From: a virus
Length of the DNA: 64,000 nucleotides
IMG/VR virus record: IMGVR_UViG_2923967841_000001
Reading direction: 5' to 3' (one strand)
Under the pieces are notes generated by a model. It did not search any database. It worked only from the letters and a program-made list of their open reading frames with translations, and had not been told where the DNA came from. Shown in pieces: positions 19,031-29,859 of this stretch. The first letter of the stretch is position 1. Every line of letters begins with the position of its first letter. The position numbers and the translations under genes were made by a program.

Positions 19031-20061
19031 CTTGAAACTGCATGCTCCCAGCTGGGTTCAAGTAAGTTATTTTTAATAAGTACACTTTCTTTTTCAGCAA
19101 GTTCTAGATCGGACTCAACCATAGTTTTTACCAAACCTTTAAAGTCAAGTTCTGGTTTCCAGTTAAGCTTTTTTTTGGCTTTTGAAGGATCTCCTAATAA
19201 ATGATTAACTTCATTTGGTCTGTAATATTTTTCGGAAGTCAAAACATAATCTTGCCAGCTTAGTCCGACCTCGTTAAAGGCTATTTCTACAAATTCTTCA
19301 ACAGTATGTGTTTCACCAGTTGCTAAAACCCAGTCTTCAGCAGAATCATGCTCCATCATTAACTTCATACCTCTGACATAGTCACCAGCGAAACCCCAGT
19401 CACGTTTGGCATCTAAATTGCCAAGGGTTAAATTACTTTGAATCTTATGATAGATTCTTCCAACAGCTCTTGTAATTTTTCTTGTTACAAATGTTTCCCC
19501 TCTTAGCGGAGACTCATGATTAAATAATATTCCATTTACACAAAATAAATCGTAAGAGTCTCTGTAAACTTTTGTCATTTCATGAGCAAAAACTTTCCCA
19601 ACAGCATAAGGGCTTTTGGGATTAAACATTGAAGTTTCAGATAACATTGAGGAGTCTACCCCACCAAACATTTCAGATGAAGAAGCTTGGTAAAATTTTA
19701 TTTTTTTATTTGAGTTTTTAACAACCTCTAACAATGTCAACGGACCAATTGTAGATGTTTGTGTTGTATAAAGTGGATTTTTAAAAGATACAGCAACATG
19801 CGATTGTGCAGCAAGATTATAGATTTCATCGGGTTGAATGCCTGATACTAAATTATTTAATGATGAAGAGTCAAGTAAATCAGAATAATAGAGGTTGAAC
19901 TGGCCTGTTTCACCAAACTTTGATATTAGGCTATCTATCCTTGATGTATTGAATGTTGATGATCGCCTAACAGTTCCATGAACTTCATAACCAGAATCAA
20001 TTAAGTGTTTTGACAAATAGTAGCCATCTTGCCCTGTGACACCTGTAATAAATGCTTTCAT
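19027..20061 (-). CDS. gmd: GDP-mannose 4,6-dehydratase
   Basis: ITGVTGQDG, YNLAAQSHVAVSF, YQASSSEMFG, SPYAVGK, NGILFNHESPLRGETFVTRKI, LGNLDAKRDWG. Confidence 0.95.
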   Translation of the reverse strand: MKAFITGVTGQDGYYLSKHLIDSGYEVHGTVRRSSTFNTSRIDSLISKFGETGQFNLYYSDLLDSSSLNNLVSGIQPDEIYNLAAQSHVAVSFKNPLYTTQTSTIGPLTLLEVVKNSNKKIKFYQASSSEMFGGVDSSMLSETSMFNPKSPYAVGKVFAHEMTKVYRDSYDLFCVNGILFNHESPLRGETFVTRKITRAVGRIYHKIQSNLTLGNLDAKRDWGFAGDYVRGMKLMMEHDSAEDWVLATGETHTVEEFVEIAFNEVGLSWQDYVLTSEKYYRPNEVNHLLGDPSKAKKKLNWKPELDFKGLVKTMVESDLELAEKESVLIKNNLLEPSWEHAVSS

Positions 20062-21395
20062 AATATATCTTTATCTAGAATTATAGGTTTGTTAAATGCT
20101 AATCCAATCGTTAAAAATAAAATTATGGGGTAATGTGCATTTTCCATACTTGGATCAAAAAGCGAGTTAAAAATTAGAGGGATTATTAATAAAAAATAAT
20201 CTTTTGTTAAGTTTTGAGATTTAAATTTTTGAAAAAGTAAGTAATAAATTGCAATTACGGAAGCTAAATGTATAAGGCCACCTCTCGATAAAATATGTAT
20301 AAAATAATTATGAACATTTATATTTGTTCTGTCTTGCCCTGTTCTTTGATCGGAATCCATTGCTGGAATAATATCATGATAACCATAACCTATAAGCAAT
20401 GTTGAACCACTCATGTCTCGAGATATATCCTGCCAAATTTGCAACCTCCAATTCAGATTGCCGTCACTTGAGAATAAACGATTATTTTCAAAGTAAAACA
20501 ATTTAAGTTTTAAAACCTCTCGTTCATATACATTGTCATTTATTGTTCTATAACGAGAAGTAATAGCAAATTTTAACTCACTATCAATCTCTTCATCAAT
20601 AACAATGTCTTTACTAACTACCCAGCTTGTTGAAAGTACAAATACCAAAACTGACAATACAAACACTATCGCAAATGATAAATCAATTTTTTTAATATTT
20701 TTTTTAAAACTTGGAATTGTTAATAATGCAAATAAAAACAGAGAAATAAATCCACTTCTGCTCTTTACTAAAAATAAAGGAGCGTACAGAGAACCAAAAA
20801 TAAATACAAGAAATAGAGCATGCTTAGAATAATTTTTCTTTTCTAAAAATAAATAAAATACAAAAACACAGGCAAGAAGCAAATCCGAACCCTTGGGATA
20901 CTCAAACTTATCAGAATAATTTAAAAAAAAGTTCTGAAGATTCTCGCTAATACCTCTGGTTGAGTAAATGTAAATAACAAATAAACCAAAAAATGATAAA
21001 TAAATATCTTCTTCATTAATTTTAAATCCAATATTTGATGTTATATTATAACCAATTACAAGTGCACCAAATGACCAGATGTATGAAGAAGTTTTGTATA
21101 AAAAAGGATCTAATAGGTTTGTATCAAAAAAGAAATTAAAAATAAAAAAACTTATTATAAGAAAGCAAGTAAAAAAATTTAATTTTTTGTCATCTAAAAA
21201 ATATTTTTTTTTATATATAGGAATTATAAAAGAATAAATTATCAATAAAGTAAAAGAGCCCGCAATAAAATACTCTCCTAATCTAAATCCAAATAACGTA
21301 AAACCTGTAAAGGTTCTGGCAAAAAGAAAGATAAGAAAAATAATAATTTTTATAAAAAGTGAAAAGGAATAGTTTGCTTTTTTACTCATAATCAT
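20058..21395 (-). CDS. O-antigen ligase/polymerase-like (WaaL/Wzy) membrane protein
   Basis: Multi-TM; KSRSGF, NWRLQIW, IGYGY, NVHNYFIHILSRGG. Confidence 0.75.
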   Translation of the reverse strand: MIMSKKANYSFSLFIKIIIFLIFLFARTFTGFTLFGFRLGEYFIAGSFTLLIIYSFIIPIYKKKYFLDDKKLNFFTCFLIISFFIFNFFFDTNLLDPFLYKTSSYIWSFGALVIGYNITSNIGFKINEEDIYLSFFGLFVIYIYSTRGISENLQNFFLNYSDKFEYPKGSDLLLACVFVFYLFLEKKNYSKHALFLVFIFGSLYAPLFLVKSRSGFISLFLFALLTIPSFKKNIKKIDLSFAIVFVLSVLVFVLSTSWVVSKDIVIDEEIDSELKFAITSRYRTINDNVYEREVLKLKLFYFENNRLFSSDGNLNWRLQIWQDISRDMSGSTLLIGYGYHDIIPAMDSDQRTGQDRTNINVHNYFIHILSRGGLIHLASVIAIYYLLFQKFKSQNLTKDYFLLIIPLIFNSLFDPSMENAHYPIILFLTIGLAFNKPIILDKDIL

Positions 21396-22501
21396 TACGG
21401 CTTTATAGTTTTGTAATTATATATATTTTTTTCAAGAATTTCTAATATCATAACAATTGCCCAAACAGACAGAAGCGTACCATGAATGTCTGGTACATTG
21501 TTTCCTTTAGATATTTCAATGCCGTAATAGTGTGTTTGCGACTTATTAACAAAATACGAAAATCCTTTTTTTTCTTCATGATATAAAAGATTCAGGTATT
21601 TTAATATATCCTTTAAAAGCTCTTTAATTTCTTGTTTCTTGTAATCAGTTTGTGATGAACACTTATACAATACGTATACATAATCTACTAAGTCACAGCC
21701 TTCAAACTCTGGCTTATTGTTTAAACAAAAATCTATTAATTTTTCTGGCATATGAATTTCTTCATTTAACCAATCTAGGCCTGATATGACTTTCATTGCA
21801 CCGTTTATAACTTGTCTAGTGCCTATATCATCGCCATCAAAATACGATCCCGTATCTTTATTAAGCTTAGTTTTAATAAATTTAGATAAATTATTAGCTA
21901 TTCCTACACCATAAACCTTTGAATATACTGAATAAGAAGAAAACTGGGCTCCAGCATCCCACGGTTTTCTCCAATCATATGAATTTAAATAACTTTCAAC
22001 GTCATTGTATAGACCGTAAGAAATATCTGGAATTCTTGATACTTCAACATCAATTTCATTAAGAGTTGATATCGTTTGCTTATTATCAGCGTTTAAGGTT
22101 TTAAAAATATGAACACTTTTATTTTGATAATTTTTACCGGCAACTTTGTTTAAAACTATTTTTACATTTTCTTTTGCGTTGAAGCTACTCAAGTATTTAT
22201 TAAAGTAATCATAAACTTCTTTATCTATAAAATAATTTTTGTAATCACTAATTTGATGATTTTGAAAATTCAGGATGTAATTTCTCCAATTATTTCTATC
22301 AATTTCATTTAAATCATTCCATTTATTAGTGATTTTATAAAGCTTTAAAGCATAGCAATTGAAACCAAGGTTAATTTTTTTCCCAGAAGCAGTCGAATAA
22401 TTGTTAGTTGGTACATAATTATATTTATTATTAATTTTTAGTGAATCTACAAAATCAATTGCGAGTCTTGGGATCTCTTGAAAATGTTTTAGGTCAATCA
22501 T
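21395..22501 (-). CDS. Hypothetical protein, possibly alpha/alpha-toroid (prenyltransferase/cyclase-repeat-like)
   Basis: LNKDTGSYF, NGAMKVISGL, KLIDFCL, GCDLVDYVYVL, GFSYF, PDIHGT; fold is my inference. Confidence 0.4.
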   Translation of the reverse strand: MIDLKHFQEIPRLAIDFVDSLKINNKYNYVPTNNYSTASGKKINLGFNCYALKLYKITNKWNDLNEIDRNNWRNYILNFQNHQISDYKNYFIDKEVYDYFNKYLSSFNAKENVKIVLNKVAGKNYQNKSVHIFKTLNADNKQTISTLNEIDVEVSRIPDISYGLYNDVESYLNSYDWRKPWDAGAQFSSYSVYSKVYGVGIANNLSKFIKTKLNKDTGSYFDGDDIGTRQVINGAMKVISGLDWLNEEIHMPEKLIDFCLNNKPEFEGCDLVDYVYVLYKCSSQTDYKKQEIKELLKDILKYLNLLYHEEKKGFSYFVNKSQTHYYGIEISKGNNVPDIHGTLLSVWAIVMILEILEKNIYNYKTIKP

Positions 22502-23586
22502 TTAATTATTTTTCTTACTATTTGTTTTAAATATTGTTTAATTGTAAAACTTGTTATTAATTTTTGAGCTTTATTTTTTAATAAATAAAAATACATAGAT
22601 GCAATATTCACTTTCGTTGTAACATTTTTTTTGTTTTCCTTAACGTTACAAAACTTATGAAAGAATTCTTGACACATAGAGTCTGCTGAAAATGGATAAC
22701 TGGATAAAGATTTTTTATAATATTCAAAATTTTCGATAATTTTTAATAGACTGTTCTCGAAATCATTCTCAAACTTTACACCAAACCCTACGCAATACTC
22801 CGGAATTCCTCCACTATTAAAATATAATATTGGTAGTCCACATTGAGCAGCTTCAATATGATGATTGCCTGATGGTTCGTTTATAGACGCTGTTAAATAT
22901 ATATTATTTTTCTTAATTTCAGCGGCTAATTCATCACCAGACAATGGTTCTTTTACTATCGTGTTTTCAAATTTTATTTCATCTGGAACATTGCCGATAT
23001 ACGTGAATTGTATATTTTTGTAATTTGGTTTAGATAATAATTGATCAAATTCCTTATAAGTTTCAAAACCTTTATTTAAATGTGCACTCCAATGATGTGT
23101 CACAAACTTTATCTTGTTTTGTTCAAAATCAATAAGATTAGAGTTGTTGAATATTCCCGTATCTGCTCCAGACATAATGACTGAAGTTTTTTCATAAGCC
23201 ATTCCAATTTCTGTATATATTGACCTTAGCCATTCACTAACAAATATAACATGGTCAGCGCAATCACTTGCGTCTAGGTAAAATTTGTTTATAAAATCTG
23301 TGCCTTTCCTTTCATCACACTCGTTAATTCTTTGAATAACAGTAACATTTGGATTTACATATTTTTTATATTTTTTTATGTCTTCGTGATTAAATGTTGA
23401 AGAAGATTCTTTTCTACTTCTTGGATCTGTAAGTAAAATAATATCTATTTCTTTATCACATAAGTCATGGATTACTTCATGACCGTTTTGAATTAAATAA
23501 TTTTTTAAGTTTAAGACAAATAAATTCCCACCTCCCCATGGGCCATCAATGATTCTTGAGCCTATACTAACTTTCATAAATCTCAT
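22498..23586 (-). CDS. Glycosyltransferase family 4-like
   Basis: GPWGGGN, IFVSEWL, EPSGNHHIEAAQCGLPILY. Confidence 0.75.
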   Translation of the reverse strand: MRFMKVSIGSRIIDGPWGGGNLFVLNLKNYLIQNGHEVIHDLCDKEIDIILLTDPRSRKESSSTFNHEDIKKYKKYVNPNVTVIQRINECDERKGTDFINKFYLDASDCADHVIFVSEWLRSIYTEIGMAYEKTSVIMSGADTGIFNNSNLIDFEQNKIKFVTHHWSAHLNKGFETYKEFDQLLSKPNYKNIQFTYIGNVPDEIKFENTIVKEPLSGDELAAEIKKNNIYLTASINEPSGNHHIEAAQCGLPILYFNSGGIPEYCVGFGVKFENDFENSLLKIIENFEYYKKSLSSYPFSADSMCQEFFHKFCNVKENKKNVTTKVNIASMYFYLLKNKAQKLITSFTIKQYLKQIVRKIIK

Positions 23587-24499
23587 TAAACATTCTTATA
23601 TATCCTAACATTCCATTAGGTATGGTTAGCTTTGAAGACTGGTTAAAAGCAAAGTTAATATCTGGAATAGAATTTTCGAAAGTTGATATGTCATTCGAGT
23701 CCATAATTGACTCCCTCGAAAGAATTTCATCAGCAATTCCAACATCTGTAGATATTATAGGAGTCATAGTTTGCCCACATTCAACCAAGGCCTGGGGGCC
23801 ACCCTCTAACCTAGAAGTCACTAGGTATAGGTCTAATATGTTGTATAACTCGTTTAATGTAGAAAAATTTGCCATTTCAAAATATTTATAATCTATTTTG
23901 TTTTTTTGTAGCTCAGAAATTACATAATTTCTTCTTTTGCCAGATAATACAACTTTAAAGTTGCTGTGCTTTTTATTCAGTTGCTTGACAATTTCAATAA
24001 AAAGATCAGGACCTTTTACTAGCTTTGGGGATTTCATGTCATAGCTTTCAGTATCCCTCTGAAAACTTCCAACTAAATAGTCACCAACTTCGAAGCCAAA
24101 TTTATCTCTCAAATTATTTTTGTCTTCGATATAGAACCAAATATTTTGATTGACCCATAAGGGTAAAAAATAAATAGGCTTGTCTGTAATTTTTTCTAAA
24201 ACTAATTTGGTTTTTTTTGAAATTGTATGATAAGCATGAACATATTTGTCTAATTCAAGTATCTTTATTACCTCTGGACTATCTGAAGAACTGTTTTCAA
24301 TATGGTAAATTGATGAAACCACTTTTTTATTACTAAATTTTTTATAAGTAGACACTTCAATAGACCATGGTGCGATGATCCAAACTATGTCTGCAAAATA
24401 AATAGATTTAGTTATTATATTTTGATTATTTTCAATCCACTCTGCTTTAATTCTATCTATAATCCAAGATTCATTAATTTTTGTTGTGTAAACTTTCAT
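23567..24499 (-). CDS. Glycosyltransferase family 4-like
   Basis: GSFQRD, KGPD, DLYLVTSRLEGGPQALVECG. Confidence 0.75.
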   Translation of the reverse strand: MKVYTTKINESWIIDRIKAEWIENNQNIITKSIYFADIVWIIAPWSIEVSTYKKFSNKKVVSSIYHIENSSSDSPEVIKILELDKYVHAYHTISKKTKLVLEKITDKPIYFLPLWVNQNIWFYIEDKNNLRDKFGFEVGDYLVGSFQRDTESYDMKSPKLVKGPDLFIEIVKQLNKKHSNFKVVLSGKRRNYVISELQKNKIDYKYFEMANFSTLNELYNILDLYLVTSRLEGGPQALVECGQTMTPIISTDVGIADEILSRESIMDSNDISTFENSIPDINFAFNQSSKLTIPNGMLGYIRMFNEIYES

Positions 24500-24558
24500 C
24501 TACATCCTTCTATAATTATTAAGCAAAAAAACTTCAGCCTATTGTTATGATAATATTA

Positions 24559-25524
24559 ATGAAAATATTAATTACAGGTATCTCTGGTCAAGATGGAATA
24601 TTTTTAACAAAACTAATTCAAAAAAAATATAAAGAATTTTCGATTTTAGGCACTTCTAGAAGTCTGTCTACATCAAATTTTATAAATAAAATAAAATTAG
24701 ATACTCTTTCCCCAACCCAAACAATTAAATTAATAAATGTTAATCTTCTAAATGAAGATTCTACAAACAACCTTATAACTGATTTTTCTCCTGACATGTT
24801 GTTTAATTTTACTGGTCCAAGTTCTGTGTATAAATCTCTCAAAGACCCAAATATTGAAAGTGAAATAATAAAAATTTTTGATAATATAACTAAATCACTT
24901 ATTTTAAATAAAAATTTTTGTAATTTTTTTCAAGCTTCTACTTCTGAAATGTTTGGATTAAATAAATCGAATAACTTTGATGAGATGTCAAAATTTTTTC
25001 CTAATTCACCATATGCTAAAGGTAAGCTATCCAACCATGAGCAGGTAAAAAAATACTATGAAAAATATGAATGGAATATACATTCAGGCATTATGTTTAA
25101 CCATGAATCTGAGTATAGAAAAAACCAATACTTATTTATGAAAATTATCAATGCTGCAATTAGTATCAAGTCAAAAAAACAGGATTGTTTAATTCTTGGA
25201 AGCTTGGATTATTCTAGGGATTGGTCTTATGCTAAAGAAATTGTTGAAGGTGCCTTTATAATTACTACTAAAGGTAAAAGCTGTGATTACGTTTTAAGCT
25301 CTGGTTCGTCTTCTAGCATTAGAGAAGTTACAAAAATAATTTTCGATTATTTTAATTTAAACTATGAAGACTATGTAAAGATTGATTCGGCATTATTGAG
25401 AGAAAACGATTCACCAAAAATTTTGTCGAACCCAAGTAAAATATATAATGAACTTGGTTGGAAAACAAAACTTAAAGTTGAAGATTTTATTGAAATCATA
25501 ATCAAAAATTATATTAATTTTTAA
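24559..25524 (+). CDS. Second, divergent GDP-mannose 4,6-dehydratase-like extended SDR
   Basis: ITGISGQDG, FQASTSEMFG, SPYAKGK (YxxxK), GIMFNHES, RDWSYA. Start moved from 24547 to MKILITG at 24559. Confidence 0.8.
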   Translation: MKILITGISGQDGIFLTKLIQKKYKEFSILGTSRSLSTSNFINKIKLDTLSPTQTIKLINVNLLNEDSTNNLITDFSPDMLFNFTGPSSVYKSLKDPNIESEIIKIFDNITKSLILNKNFCNFFQASTSEMFGLNKSNNFDEMSKFFPNSPYAKGKLSNHEQVKKYYEKYEWNIHSGIMFNHESEYRKNQYLFMKIINAAISIKSKKQDCLILGSLDYSRDWSYAKEIVEGAFIITTKGKSCDYVLSSGSSSSIREVTKIIFDYFNLNYEDYVKIDSALLRENDSPKILSNPSKIYNELGWKTKLKVEDFIEIIIKNYINF

Positions 25525-25532
25525 TTAATAGA

Positions 25533-26225
25533 TTATTTAATAATTTTTTTAGGTTTTTTATTCTTTCTTATCAAGTCAAAGTAATATTTTTGTTCTTTTT
25601 TTTTAACACTAGAAATATTATCAATAGTATTTAAGTTATAAAGTGGTTCATAAATATATTTATATTTAATGTTTTGATTTAGTAAATCCTTAAATAATTT
25701 AAAGTCTTGGGAATAATAATAATTTTCATCATAACATCCAGCATTAATCAGTGTTTTCTTTTTGATCATTAAAGTTCCATGTATAAATGGATTTTTAAAT
25801 CTTACAACTAATTTTTTTGGCAGGAAGTAACTATACCGAGGAATTAAATTCCCTTTTTGGAGATTCGTTGCTCTGCTTACTGAAAATTCAAATTCTTCAC
25901 CTATAAGTACCTGAAGTTGTTTTTCAAATCTTTTATATTCAGAAGTATCGTCTGCATCCTGCCTTGCGATAATATCACCTCTACTGTAAGCAATTAATTT
26001 ATTTAAAGATTTGGTAAGGCCTAGATTATTCTCATTTCTATAAATTTTTATTCTAGAATCTAACAACTCAAATTCTTTTAAGATATCAAGAGTTCTATCA
26101 CTAGAAAAGTCGTCAATAATTAAAAATTCGAAATCCTCAAAAGTTTGATTTAAAATGCTATTTATTGAGTTATTTAGATATTTCTCAGAATCCTTAACTG
26201 ACATTATTACAGAAATCATAATCAA
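25533..26225 (-). CDS. Glycosyltransferase family 2
   Basis: ISVIMSV, IDDFSSD, NLGLTKSLN, IARQDADD, HGTLM, QDFKLF. Confidence 0.9.
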   Translation of the reverse strand: MIMISVIMSVKDSEKYLNNSINSILNQTFEDFEFLIIDDFSSDRTLDILKEFELLDSRIKIYRNENNLGLTKSLNKLIAYSRGDIIARQDADDTSEYKRFEKQLQVLIGEEFEFSVSRATNLQKGNLIPRYSYFLPKKLVVRFKNPFIHGTLMIKKKTLINAGCYDENYYYSQDFKLFKDLLNQNIKYKYIYEPLYNLNTIDNISSVKKKEQKYYFDLIRKNKKPKKIIK

Positions 26226-27373
26226 AAAGTCTTGTCAAAAAGATTATTGAAATTATTAAAAAATTTACGCGAATCAAATATATTATTTGTATGTTCTAAA
26301 AGTTTTTTAGTTGATCTATTAACTGCATCAATGTCTTTAATTAATAGTAATTTTTCTTTTAAATCTTCGTATTCAAATTGCTTAAACGAAAACTCATAAC
26401 CTTCGGGGAAAAATTCATCCATACCTCCAAATGATGGATATATAGATAGTGTACCTAAAGCAGATGCTTCACACAATAATCTTGGCTGGCCCTCATAAAG
26501 CTTTGTTGCCGTTACAACTGCTGAAGCTTTAGCAATATATTTCATCACTTCATCGTTTGGTAAAAATCCAAGAAATGAAATATTGTGATTCGTATATTTA
26601 TTTTCCAAATATCCTCTTAAAATTCCATCACCAATTATTAATAATTCATAATCTTCTAATCTTGCATCTATCCATGCTTCTATTAATTCTTTTAGTCCTT
26701 TTTCTTCAGACAATCTTCCAGCATAGATTATTGTATTATCTTTTCTTAAAATAGGTTCTTTATCAAGTTTTATTGGGTTATTAATAACTGTAATTTTTTC
26801 TTTAGGAATACCGAGATTTAACATTTTTGCCTGATGAAAATTATTAATTAAAATAATAGTTAAGGGGTAGTGTTTAAGAATTTTAAAATATTTCTTGGAA
26901 AAGAAACACAATAAAAAAGATTTCAAATATGATTCAGAAAAATATTTATTATAAAATAATGTATTTTCTCTATGAAACCCACAAGCGTAACAAGTTAATT
27001 GTTCATTAAGATGATTTTTTGAAAAGAAATATCTTGAGCATTCGTATCTAAAATTATGAATTTTTAAAAGTACTTTTATATTTCTTTTTTTCAATATTCG
27101 AAAAATACCTAAATTAACAGTAAACCAAATATTATGAATGTAAATTGCGTCCGGTTCAAATCTGTCTAATAATTTAGCAAGTTCATTATTAACCTTATAA
27201 TTACTTCTTGTCAACAATCCTATTATTGAAAATAAAGAACTTTTGTTTTGATTCTTAACACTAAAAAATTCTACTTCATACTGTTTACCTAAGATACCAA
27301 GTTCTTCATAAATATTCGAATCCTCTCCACCAAAGTTTTGATAAAAATTATGAACGACTAATAATTTTTTCAT
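26222..27373 (-). CDS. Glycosyltransferase family 4
   Basis: VHNFYQNFGGED, YAGRLSEEKG, YEGQPRLLCEA. Confidence 0.85.
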   Translation of the reverse strand: MKKLLVVHNFYQNFGGEDSNIYEELGILGKQYEVEFFSVKNQNKSSLFSIIGLLTRSNYKVNNELAKLLDRFEPDAIYIHNIWFTVNLGIFRILKKRNIKVLLKIHNFRYECSRYFFSKNHLNEQLTCYACGFHRENTLFYNKYFSESYLKSFLLCFFSKKYFKILKHYPLTIILINNFHQAKMLNLGIPKEKITVINNPIKLDKEPILRKDNTIIYAGRLSEEKGLKELIEAWIDARLEDYELLIIGDGILRGYLENKYTNHNISFLGFLPNDEVMKYIAKASAVVTATKLYEGQPRLLCEASALGTLSIYPSFGGMDEFFPEGYEFSFKQFEYEDLKEKLLLIKDIDAVNRSTKKLLEHTNNIFDSRKFFNNFNNLFDKTF

Positions 27374-27374
27374 T

Positions 27375-28988
27375 TTAATGGATAAAGTTTATTTCTCTTT
27401 TTTCACCATTCATCTCTAGTCGAAGAATTGTATCAAAATTCTTATATCTTTCTGGATCATGTGTTGAGTTAATTACAGTAATTTTTTGATCATCTATTAT
27501 TGATAAAACCAATTCTTTAGAAGCTTCGTCAAGATTAGCCATTGCCTCATCTAAGATGAGAATTTCTGGTTTACTTAACAATGCTCTAATAAATCCGATT
27601 TTTTGCATTTGTCCAGATGATAGGGAATTGTTATCTATCTCCCTATCAAGATTGTAGCTACTTTCTTCTTTAAAAATATCAAACTTCCTCAACATATCCA
27701 TAATTTCATCACCTGAAATGTCGAATTTATTACCATAAATTAAATTTTTCCTTAAACTTTTTTGAAAAATGAATGGGGTAGCGCCAATATATGAAAAATT
27801 TTCACTAAAAGCTGTAAGGGTTCCCTTTTCGGGTATTAAAACATTTCCAATTAAACCTAGCAATGTGCTTTTGCCTGTTCCGTTAGCACCAATAATTATA
27901 TTGTGAGTGTTTTTTTGAAACTCCACATTAAGGCCTTCGAATATATATTCTTCACTATTGGAATATCTAAAAGTGACATTTTCCATTTTTATTTTTTGAG
28001 AATCAGTTATAGAAAAATAATCAGTATTCAATACTCTTTTTGTTTTTTCCATTTTTACAAATTCTGCGATATGTATCTGTGAATTAGCAACTTGATTTAA
28101 TGCGTTAGAAATACTTGATAGAGATTGAAATAGCCGAATAGTTACTCCTAAAAAATCTAACGAGATTCTGGTTATAAATCTAGGTATATTTAAAATTATC
28201 GAAAATATAAAAAGTGTGAAGAAGTTAGGCAATTGGTTATTTACAAAACCAATTTGATAATTTTTAAAGGCAATACTGTAAACTTTTTTTACAGCGTTTG
28301 TAAAATTCTCAAGCTCAAACTGCTCCATTCTTAATATTTTTATTAGTGGCAGGTTTTCAACTGCATTAACTAAATCTTTATTCGCTGTTTTTCCTAGATC
28401 AAAAACAGTGTGCATGTACTTACGGGCTGCTTTAATTAATTTAAATATTGGTACAGACAACACTAAAACACCTAACCCAAAATAGCCAATTAAGGTTATG
28501 TCTGCAATTAGTAAATAAGCTATATAAGCGCCAGATTGCAATGAATGATTTAAGAAATATGTAAAGTTGGAGTAAAAAAATGAAATATGTACAGAAAGAG
28601 TATTTAAATAATAATAAGTATCAGAAGTTGAATAATTTTTTTGTTCCAGTATTTTATCAAACATATAATTTTTAAGACCAACCAGTACATCAATTTCCAT
28701 TTTTTTTAGTATTGCAAATTGCAAATAATTAAATATGTACCTAAGTAAAACTGTCAAAACAATAAAAATTTTGTTACTAATAAAGAACTCTAAAAGAATG
28801 TTGAGGGTTTCTACATTAGAAAACTGATCAGCAATTATTGCCGCAAATATTCCAATAAGTAATAAGTCAGTTCCAGCTGTTAATTGTGAAAGAACTATAG
28901 ATCCAGCTATTAGAAATTTTTTATTTTTTGTATCTGTGAGTTTTGATACATACATTATATCTTTTACAACTTGAACAATATTTTTCAC
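27375..28988 (-). CDS. ABC transporter with fused permease and ATPase (PglK/MsbA-like lipid-linked glycan exporter)
   Basis: N-terminal TM domain; Walker A GANGTGKST; signature LSSGQ; Walker B ILILDE; H-loop STH. Confidence 0.85.
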   Translation of the reverse strand: MKNIVQVVKDIMYVSKLTDTKNKKFLIAGSIVLSQLTAGTDLLLIGIFAAIIADQFSNVETLNILLEFFISNKIFIVLTVLLRYIFNYLQFAILKKMEIDVLVGLKNYMFDKILEQKNYSTSDTYYYLNTLSVHISFFYSNFTYFLNHSLQSGAYIAYLLIADITLIGYFGLGVLVLSVPIFKLIKAARKYMHTVFDLGKTANKDLVNAVENLPLIKILRMEQFELENFTNAVKKVYSIAFKNYQIGFVNNQLPNFFTLFIFSIILNIPRFITRISLDFLGVTIRLFQSLSSISNALNQVANSQIHIAEFVKMEKTKRVLNTDYFSITDSQKIKMENVTFRYSNSEEYIFEGLNVEFQKNTHNIIIGANGTGKSTLLGLIGNVLIPEKGTLTAFSENFSYIGATPFIFQKSLRKNLIYGNKFDISGDEIMDMLRKFDIFKEESSYNLDREIDNNSLSSGQMQKIGFIRALLSKPEILILDEAMANLDEASKELVLSIIDDQKITVINSTHDPERYKNFDTILRLEMNGEKREINFIH

Positions 28989-29076
28989 TATTATGATTAT
29001 ATTTCTAATTTTTAACTAGATGCAATAAACTTCTATTTTATGCAAAAATCAATAAAGATAAATTAAACTTAGCCTA

Positions 29077-29859
29077 ATGGTTGACAAATATAATACTGCA
29101 ATTTGCTTTGTTGCAAATTTTAAATACTTATATAAGCACTTTCCAAGAATATATCAACAATTAAGAACAAAAGGAAATTACAGCGGTGAGATTGTAGTTA
29201 TTACAAATATGATTTGTCCTTCAATATTCATCAAATTTTTAAGAAGAAAAAATAATGTTACAATATTAAGATTTAGAAAAATTATTTTTAATAAGAAAGC
29301 TGAAGAAGCTCTTTCGTCATTAAGTGCTGTACCAAATAGGCATTTAACCAAAAACTTTCAATGGCAGAAGCTCTACCTGTTTCATAAGAAAATAAAAAAA
29401 TGGAAGTATATTTTTTATATGGATATCAATATGAATATTCACCATGACATAAACCCAATACTTTCAATCAAACCAAACAAAAAATTATTTGCTAGAGCAG
29501 ACGGGTTTCCTGATTATAAGTGGAAATTAAAAACACAATTTGACAAAAATCATAGTAAATTTAATGATTTATATAAAAAGTACAATCTTGAAATAACAAA
29601 TTATTTTCAAACAGGAGTTATTTTTTTTGATACAAGTATTGTTAAAAATAATACACTTAGCGAAATAAAATTACTCGTACAAAAATTTCCTATATCAATT
29701 ACTAATGAGCAAGGTATTTTGAATTTATATTTTATTTTTGAAAGAAATCAATATGAACAGTTAATTGATTTCTTGAATGGACAACTATCATATTTTTATT
29801 GGAAAAAAAGTGACCAAGAAGTCATTATTACTAAAGCACTGACAGAAAAAAATAGATAA
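29077..29859 (+). CDS. GT8-like glycosyltransferase
   Basis: WQKLYLF, FYMDIN, YFQTGVIFF, NEQGILNL. Confidence 0.6.
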   Translation: MVDKYNTAICFVANFKYLYKHFPRIYQQLRTKGNYSGEIVVITNMICPSIFIKFLRRKNNVTILRFRKIIFNKKAEEALSSLSAVPNRHLTKNFQWQKLYLFHKKIKKWKYIFYMDINMNIHHDINPILSIKPNKKLFARADGFPDYKWKLKTQFDKNHSKFNDLYKKYNLEITNYFQTGVIFFDTSIVKNNTLSEIKLLVQKFPISITNEQGILNLYFIFERNQYEQLIDFLNGQLSYFYWKKSDQEVIITKALTEKNR

